64,000 nt of DNA. Origin: Nannocystales bacterium (lineage in GTDB: Bacteria; Myxococcota_A; Polyangia; Nannocystales; Nannocystaceae). The notes under the pieces are model-generated. The model was not told the DNA's origin. It did not search any database and worked only from the letters and a program-made list of their open reading frames with translations. Shown here piece by piece: positions 58,244-64,000 of the stretch. A program made the position numbers and the translations under genes. Within the stretch, counting starts at the first letter, position 1, and each line of letters opens with the position of its first letter. Where the stretch lies: positions 171,944 through 235,943 of the forward strand of contig JBOEGF010000011.1 of the NCBI GenBank assembly GCA_050633305.1, written 5' to 3'.

Positions 58244-59607
58244 GGGTTTTCGTACGGATTGGGCTTGAGCCCATCGGGATCCGGGCGCCGCCGGCCCCGT
58301 TTCGCCGCTCGCGGTGCCCGAGGTGCGGGCTCCGGCTCCGGCGGCTCGACGACGGCGGTCGGAGTCGTGGGCGTCGGCGCGGGCTCCGAGCGGGGCGGCT
58401 CGCGGGTCTGCAGCGGTTCCGCCTCGCTGGCGGGGGCCTGGTCCTCGGACATCGAGCGGGCGCCCCCGGGTTGGGGAGCGACGCGGGCGGAGGTCGATGG
58501 GCTCGCGACAAGCGTCCAGAGTCCCAAGCCGACGACCGCGGCCAGTCCGACGGCGGCGGCCATCCACACTGCCGCTCGCGTTGGCCGGGCCGGGGGGCGC
58601 GCGACAGGAGGATGCTCCGAGGTCAGGATGCGGGGGAGGGGCTCTGCACTCTCGACCGTCCCGAGGGTTGCGTAGGCATCCTCGACGATCGTCGCGAGCA
58701 CGCCGCGCTGGGTCGTGGTGTCATGGCCGGCTGCAGACAGCTCTTGGGCAATCGCGTCCGCCAAGCCAGCGGCGGTGCCAATTCGCTCGCTTGCCGCCGG
58801 ACGCAGGCATGCGAGCACGATGTCGGTGATCCACTGCGGCGCCGCGTGGGCCTGCAACATCTCGCGGATCGGCCCGGGATCGCAGGCATCGAGCTTGGTC
58901 ATCGTCGGTGCGCTGTGCGTATCGCCAAACGGAAGCTCCCCGGTGACGAGCTCGAACAGGAGCGTGCCCATCGAGAAGATGTCGCTGCGTCCGTCGAGTT
59001 CTTCGAGGCGAGCCTGCTCCGGGCTCATGTACGGCAGCTTTCCCGCGAGCACGCCGACCTGGGTCAGCCCGGTGGTGCGGTCGGGTCGCGCCAATCCGAG
59101 GTCGATGAGGATCGCCCTGCCGCCTCGGGCGAGCATGACGTTGTGCGGAGAGATGTCGCGGTGGACCATCCCCAGCGGAACCCCTTCGGCGTCCGTGGCC
59201 TCGTGCACGGCGTCCAGGCCCCGCGCGACCATTTCCACGATTGCGGCGGCCTGCGGTGGAGAGAACGGACGGGAGCGGTGCAGCGCCAGTTGTCGAAGGT
59301 TGACCCCATCGATGAGCTCGAGCGCCATGAAGGCGTAGCCCTGGTCCTCGCCTGCGTCGACGGTTCGCACCACGTTGGGGTGCCGAACCCGTGAGGCGAG
59401 TTGAGCTTCTTGCAGGAACCGGGCGGTGAACCCTTCCTCTTGAACGAGATGCGGATGGATGACCTTGAGGGCGAACTCACGGCTGAACCCCGCAGGCGCG
59501 TCGGCCAGCCTCGCGAGGTACACCGACGCCATTCCGCCCGCGGCGATCCGTCCGAGGATCGTGTAGCGGCCCAGGGTCGAGACCGGGTTGGGCGGAGGAG
59601 TTGGCAT
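58240..59607 (-). CDS. Membrane Ser/Thr protein kinase
   Basis: GGMASVY, FALK, HRDISPHN, DLG, YMSPE; TM; terminal LKPNPY. Confidence 0.92.
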   Translation of the reverse strand: MPTPPPNPVSTLGRYTILGRIAAGGMASVYLARLADAPAGFSREFALKVIHPHLVQEEGFTARFLQEAQLASRVRHPNVVRTVDAGEDQGYAFMALELIDGVNLRQLALHRSRPFSPPQAAAIVEMVARGLDAVHEATDAEGVPLGMVHRDISPHNVMLARGGRAILIDLGLARPDRTTGLTQVGVLAGKLPYMSPEQARLEELDGRSDIFSMGTLLFELVTGELPFGDTHSAPTMTKLDACDPGPIREMLQAHAAPQWITDIVLACLRPAASERIGTAAGLADAIAQELSAAGHDTTTQRGVLATIVEDAYATLGTVESAEPLPRILTSEHPPVARPPARPTRAAVWMAAAVGLAAVVGLGLWTLVASPSTSARVAPQPGGARSMSEDQAPASEAEPLQTREPPRSEPAPTPTTPTAVVEPPEPEPAPRAPRAAKRGRRRPDPDGLKPNPYENP

Positions 59608-59656
59608 CGAGGGGCAGACCAGTGCTGGTGGAGGTCGGATCCAGCCGCGTTGTAGG

Positions 59657-60346
59657 ATGCGACGCCTCGCACCCTGGCTCGCCGTGAGAATAACAAGCAA
59701 TCGTCCCGACGCCGACAACAGGTTGTTCTCCGCTCTTGCACGTGGGCTCGCCGGGCTGGGCGCGAGGGTGGAACGGTCGTCCGAGGACAACCTGGTGTGC
59801 CGTATCGGACCACGCAGAGTCATTCCGGAGCCATTGCCTACATATCCGACCGATGCGCCGGCCCCCGGGGTTGTGGTCCGGGTCGAGGGTCTTCCGAACC
59901 TGCTTCACGAGGTCGGCCACTTGATGCTGGCGCGGGTGCTCGACGATGATCACGGCATCGACTACCAGGCGATCCCCTTCGATCTCGACACCGATGCCGG
60001 TCGGGCCGTGCTCTTTGAGGAGTTGGCGTGTTGCACGCTGAGTTGTGGGTACCCGCGAGCGCTGACGGACCCCGCGGCATGGGCCTGGGCGGACGGATGG
60101 TTTGCGGAGCAGGTCGAGATTCAGCCGGTGTTCTATGGGCTAGAGGACACGCCGCGCCGTTTTTGGGACCGTGTCGCCGACGTGTACGGGGCGCATTCGC
60201 AGCAGTGTGAAGCGATGGTTGCGCGGGCGTTCACGCAGACCGAATCATTGCTGCGTTGGGCCGGGGCCCCGGCGGGTGTCGCCGCGCCGGCCCAGCGTCT
60301 ATCCTTCGGCACCCTGCTGCGTCGAGCGCGGCCTGCTGAGGCATGA
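59657..60346 (+). CDS. Hypothetical protein with HExxH motif (start uncertain)
   Basis: NLLHEVGH; ATGA overlap with the next gene. Confidence 0.6.
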   Translation: MRRLAPWLAVRITSNRPDADNRLFSALARGLAGLGARVERSSEDNLVCRIGPRRVIPEPLPTYPTDAPAPGVVVRVEGLPNLLHEVGHLMLARVLDDDHGIDYQAIPFDLDTDAGRAVLFEELACCTLSCGYPRALTDPAAWAWADGWFAEQVEIQPVFYGLEDTPRRFWDRVADVYGAHSQQCEAMVARAFTQTESLLRWAGAPAGVAAPAQRLSFGTLLRRARPAEA

Positions 60347-61788
60347 ACGCCCCCGTATCCACCCTTCCATGGTTCAAGCGCCTCGCGCTGTGGGCCGAGG
60401 ACAACCTGTGGCTGATCGTCATCGTGCTCGCGGCGCTCGCGGTGCGGCTGCACTGGAACCTCGAGGTGCACCCCGCCGGCGAGTACATCTACTCCGACAT
60501 GCGCGGGTACACCCGTCGTGCGGACTCGATGTTCCAAACCCTCTGGGGGGTGCGGGAGTACGACGCGTTCTACCCGTACGGAACCCACGTGATGCTGTGG
60601 TTCCTGCAGTGGGTCGCAGGGCGCACGGCCGAGACCAAACCCGATGAGCTGCCGCGGATCTATGCGTTCGTCGCCGGGGTTTATGCGGTCTATGGCGCCG
60701 CACTCGCTGGCTATGGGTATGCGCTTGCGCGGCGCGTTTCGAAGTTCAAGGTCATCCCGCCGATCGTCGGGCTGTTGCTCGTTTTCTACTACCCGCTGAT
60801 CTCGCTGGGCGGCTACTTCCTCTCGGAGGTTCCGTTCTCGCTGTGCCTGACCGCGGCGAGCTTCCACCTGGTCCGCATGCTCGCAACCGGTGCGAAGCGC
60901 GACGCGTGGGCAATGGGGATCTGGGTGGCGCTGGGGCTGACGCTGCGCCCCCAGATTCTGCTCAGCGTGGCGTTTATCGGCGTCTACTGGCTGGTTCTGC
61001 GCAAGCGCATGCCGAAGGCGACGATCGGGTTGTGGGCACAGGCGCTGGTCCCGATTCTGCTCATCCTCGCCTTCTCCGGGTGGCGGCTCCACTACCACAC
61101 GGGCCGCTACGGCATCATCTCGGAGAACGGTAAGTTCAACCAGGTGTTCGGCCGTTGCCACAACTCGAAGATCACGGCCTACCCGGACACCGCCAAGCGA
61201 CGACGCACCAGCTTTGGGCCTCCGCCGCTGATCCAGCTCGCCAAGCGGGCGCAGCGGGCTCCTGGCGTCTGGCCGCAGCTCGATCCCGTCCGCGAGACGC
61301 ACATCGAATACAAAGGCTACATCGGGGATGACGACATCCTGCAGACCTTCATCGATGGGTGCGTTGCGGAGACGACGTGGACCAAGCAGGTCGAATACAG
61401 CGCGGTCAACGTGATCATGCAGTGGCGCTACAACGTCATGTGGCCGGACTCCGGCAAGCGGCCATGGCAACCGTACGCGCGAAAATGGGGCACGTTCATC
61501 ACCAACGTACTGGCGGTACCAGCGCTGCTGGCGCTGCTCGGCGCGTTTCTCCCGCGGCGCAACCTCGCCCTGGGCGTGATCTCGTTGCACCTGTGGGCGC
61601 TGACGATGATCGGCATCTTCTATATCGGTGGGATGCGGTTTCGGGCGCCGTATGACCCGATCATCATCGTGATGGCCGCCGAGGCGTACGCGGTCGCCAT
61701 CATGTTGCTGGTCCGGCTCGTGCGTCGGCTCAAGGGCCAAACTGGAGCCGGCGAAACCTCGGGGCCCGCGCCGGGGTCGGAGTCCTGA
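60343..61788 (+). CDS. Polytopic GT-C-type glycosyltransferase (ArnT/PMT-like)
   Basis: Multiple TM helices; YSDM, YPYG, LSEVPF, LRPQ, RFRAPYDP motifs. Confidence 0.7.
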   Translation: MNAPVSTLPWFKRLALWAEDNLWLIVIVLAALAVRLHWNLEVHPAGEYIYSDMRGYTRRADSMFQTLWGVREYDAFYPYGTHVMLWFLQWVAGRTAETKPDELPRIYAFVAGVYAVYGAALAGYGYALARRVSKFKVIPPIVGLLLVFYYPLISLGGYFLSEVPFSLCLTAASFHLVRMLATGAKRDAWAMGIWVALGLTLRPQILLSVAFIGVYWLVLRKRMPKATIGLWAQALVPILLILAFSGWRLHYHTGRYGIISENGKFNQVFGRCHNSKITAYPDTAKRRRTSFGPPPLIQLAKRAQRAPGVWPQLDPVRETHIEYKGYIGDDDILQTFIDGCVAETTWTKQVEYSAVNVIMQWRYNVMWPDSGKRPWQPYARKWGTFITNVLAVPALLALLGAFLPRRNLALGVISLHLWALTMIGIFYIGGMRFRAPYDPIIIVMAAEAYAVAIMLLVRLVRRLKGQTGAGETSGPAPGSES

Positions 61789-61790
61789 CC

Positions 61791-62417
61791 GTGCGTTTGT
61801 CTCGTTCTCCTTGGGCCCTCGTGGCGGCGCTTCTCCCGCCGTTTCTGGGCGTGATGGCGTTTGGCCTGGTGTTCGGCTTGGTAGGTGCGCCGGTGGCGCA
61901 TGCTCAGCCGAGCGTCGCCTCTGCGCCCCCCCTGACCACCGAGCTTCTGTCGATCGCGGGAGACTCCATGGGCCAGCTCTTGTGCCTCGATGGCCGTTTG
62001 GAAGGCGGGTTCGACAACCTCGGCTGGGGGCTCGATTGGGGCGACGCCCACGCGTCGGCTGGGTCGTCCGCCCCGCGCGGACTCCCCGTGCTCGGCCTGG
62101 GCTTGCTGGGGCTCGCCGCGGTGGTGGTCTTGGCGCTCGGTCGGATGCGCCTCGCCAACGAGCACAAGCGGCTGGACGTCGCGCAAAAGCTCATCGAGCA
62201 GGGCATGGAGCCCCCCGCGAGTTTATTGGCCAACCCAGCTCGCAACGATCTGCGTAAGGGAATCGTGCTCTTGTTTGCGGGCGGAGGATTGTTGGCGGCC
62301 GGTTTGCTCACCGCCGATCGAGGGATGGCGGCGGGCGCCCTGGTGCCGGAGTTCATCGGGGCCGGATACCTCGTGAGCTTCTGGCTGGCAGCCCGGGTCA
62401 AACGAGGTGAAGCGTGA
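61791..62417 (+). CDS. DUF6249-like membrane protein
   Basis: KRLDVAQKLIEQGMEPP...DLRKGIVLL..G.GL...LVP.FIGAGYL. Confidence 0.65.
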   Translation: MRLSRSPWALVAALLPPFLGVMAFGLVFGLVGAPVAHAQPSVASAPPLTTELLSIAGDSMGQLLCLDGRLEGGFDNLGWGLDWGDAHASAGSSAPRGLPVLGLGLLGLAAVVVLALGRMRLANEHKRLDVAQKLIEQGMEPPASLLANPARNDLRKGIVLLFAGGGLLAAGLLTADRGMAAGALVPEFIGAGYLVSFWLAARVKRGEA

Positions 62418-63013
62418 GCGTCGCAGGAGTGCTGACGCGCCCCGTCGTCGGAGGGCTCGCAACCGAGGGAGCCTCGCTCGACGCCGCGGATGAATCCGCT
62501 TTGGTCTCTCTGGCGTGCGAAGGCGACAAGGCGGCGTTTGCCGAGCTCGTCCGTCGTAACCAGGGGCGGGTGCGCGGGCTTTTGATGCGCCTTGCCAAGG
62601 ATCGCGTCTTGGCGGACGATCTGGCTCAAGAGGTGTTCTTGCGGGCGTACCGCGGACTGGTCGGGTTTCAGCAGCGCTCCGCGTTCGGGACCTGGCTGTA
62701 CCGCATCGCGTACAACGTCTACCTCAACAATCGGACCCGTGTGCGCCGGTTCTGCGAGTTGCCCGAAGACTATGTGGCGGCCGCAATCGCACCGGAGAAC
62801 GCGATGAGTGCTCCGCGGTCCGACCTTCGTCGCGACCTGTCCGCAGCCATCGAGACGCTGCCCGAGCGCTACCGGGCGGTCGTGGTGCTCTACTATCTCG
62901 AAGAGGTGAGCTACCCCGAGATCGCGGATATCCTGAGCGTGCCGCTGGGGACCGTGAAGACGCACCTGCACCGCGCCAAGAAACTGCTGCGGGAGCGAAT
63001 GAGCGCTCGATGA
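62414..63013 (+). CDS. ECF RNA polymerase sigma factor
   Basis: GDKAAFAELVRR, DDLAQEVFLRAY, FGTWLYRIA, LPERYR..SYPEIA.IL.VPLGTVKTHLHRA. Confidence 0.93.
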   Translation: MSVAGVLTRPVVGGLATEGASLDAADESALVSLACEGDKAAFAELVRRNQGRVRGLLMRLAKDRVLADDLAQEVFLRAYRGLVGFQQRSAFGTWLYRIAYNVYLNNRTRVRRFCELPEDYVAAAIAPENAMSAPRSDLRRDLSAAIETLPERYRAVVVLYYLEEVSYPEIADILSVPLGTVKTHLHRAKKLLRERMSAR

Positions 63014-63498
63014 ATCTGGGCCCGAGAACCGGTGGAGAGGGGGGAGGCGGACGTTTGGATTCGCTCCTGTCTGAGTTCGAGACCGACGGTCGTTCCGACC
63101 TCGGCCCGGATCTTGGCCCAGACCTGGAAGAGTCTCGCTCGGCCCATCACGCGCGAACGCCGGCTCGGCCCGCGGCGGATGTGTTCTTCACCGCGCGGGT
63201 GCTGGACGCTCTGCCGGAGCCGCTGCGGTGGACCGGGGCATCGCCGGTCATGCGGGCGGTCACGCTGTTGGCATTTCACATCGCGGCAGGTGTGGTCGGG
63301 GTGATCGTCTATCGGTGGGCCTCGCCGCGGCTGCTCGACACTGCAGCGTCTCGGGCCGCAGAGGCCGCCTCACCGTGGGCCTCCAGCCTCTCGCTTTCCT
63401 CCGTCGGGACGGATCCGGCCGCTCCTGCGGCAGCTGTGGTCACGGTGGTGGGACTCGTCGCGTTCTGGGCCACGAGGTCGCATACTCGCGCCACGTGA
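63010..63498 (+). CDS. Putative membrane anti-sigma factor
   Basis: Coupled downstream of the ECF sigma; FTARVLDALP motif and two TM segments. Confidence 0.6.
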   Translation: MNLGPRTGGEGGGGRLDSLLSEFETDGRSDLGPDLGPDLEESRSAHHARTPARPAADVFFTARVLDALPEPLRWTGASPVMRAVTLLAFHIAAGVVGVIVYRWASPRLLDTAASRAAEAASPWASSLSLSSVGTDPAAPAAAVVTVVGLVAFWATRSHTRAT

Positions 63499-64000
63499 CC
63501 GCCACCGTTCCCACTGAGTCGGCTCGTCATCCCGCGTTCGACGGCGTCCCGTCAGCGCTCTGGAACGACTGGCGCTGGCAGATGCGCTCGCGCGTCACGA
63601 GCTTGGGCGCGCTCTCCGACCTCATCGAGCTCACCGATGAAGAGCGCGAGGGGATCTCGGGGCGCGCAGGGGCGTTCGGGTTCGCGATCACGCCGTACTA
63701 CCTCTCGCTCATCGGAGACCCAGGCTGTCCCGTCCGCGCGCAGGCTGTCCCGCACGCGGATGAGCTCCGGACGACGCCGTGGGACCTCACCGACCCGCTC
63801 GCCGAGGATGCCCATGCGGTCACGCCGATCCTGACCCACCGCTACCCGGACCGGGGTCTGCTGTACGTCACCCACAACTGTCCGGTCTACTGCCGCCACT
63901 GCACCCGCCAGCGCAAGGTCGGCGATGTCGCCAGCGCACCGTCTCGCGAGATGTTCGAGGCGTCGTATGCCTACTTGGAGCGCACGCCCGAGGTGAAGGA
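63495..64000 (+). CDS. KamA family radical SAM protein (lysine 2,3-aminomutase/EpmB-like), 3'-truncated by the window edge; absent from the ORF track
   Basis: Manual translation from GTG 63495: WNDWRWQ, FAITPYYLSL, DPLAED, THRYPDR, CPVYCRHCTR. Confidence 0.9.
   Translation, partial: MTATVPTESARHPAFDGVPSALWNDWRWQMRSRVTSLGALSDLIELTDEEREGISGRAGAFGFAITPYYLSLIGDPGCPVRAQAVPHADELRTTPWDLTDPLAEDAHAVTPILTHRYPDRGLLYVTHNCPVYCRHCTRQRKVGDVASAPSREMFEASYAYLERTPEVK

Overview
GC-rich chromosomal window from a myxobacterium (Myxococcota, Nannocystis/Plesiocystis/Enhygromyxa-like). This assignment is inferred from RomR, an MglA-family GTPase, a sigma54/PilR pilin locus, three Hanks kinases and many Cys-rich lipoproteins. 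About 55 CDS are present. Housekeeping genes: gcvT-gcvH, carA, gpsA, hemW-hrcA-grpE-dnaK-dnaJ, a kynureninase-like PLP enzyme and TerC. Motility/polarity genes: an orphan MglA-like GTPase coupled to a soluble histidine kinase, pilR with two tandem type IV pilins and a pilG-like gene, and romR. Also present are secreted hydrolases (M13, M23, Ntn-acylase), RCC1 and TSP3 repeat lipoproteins, a PP2C-cNMP fusion, and a tightly coupled HExxH protein/GT-C/DUF6249/ECF sigma/anti-sigma/KamA operon that runs off the right edge. No rRNA, tRNA, IS element or CRISPR array was seen. Best novelty candidates: (1) a Thg1-like (3'-5' polymerase fold) protein that has lost its catalytic Asp motifs, inside the kinase-hemW-hrcA-dnaK operon; (2) the MglB-less MglA paralogue plus PocR-type kinase module after dnaJ; (3) the two-pilin operon with a methyltransferase where pilS usually sits, back-to-back with romR; (4) a ~100-nt structured RNA candidate after romR; (5) several other apparent pseudoenzymes and a recurrent leaderless-type promoter pattern. 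All family calls come from motif recognition by eye; no searches were run, and several start codons are uncertain.
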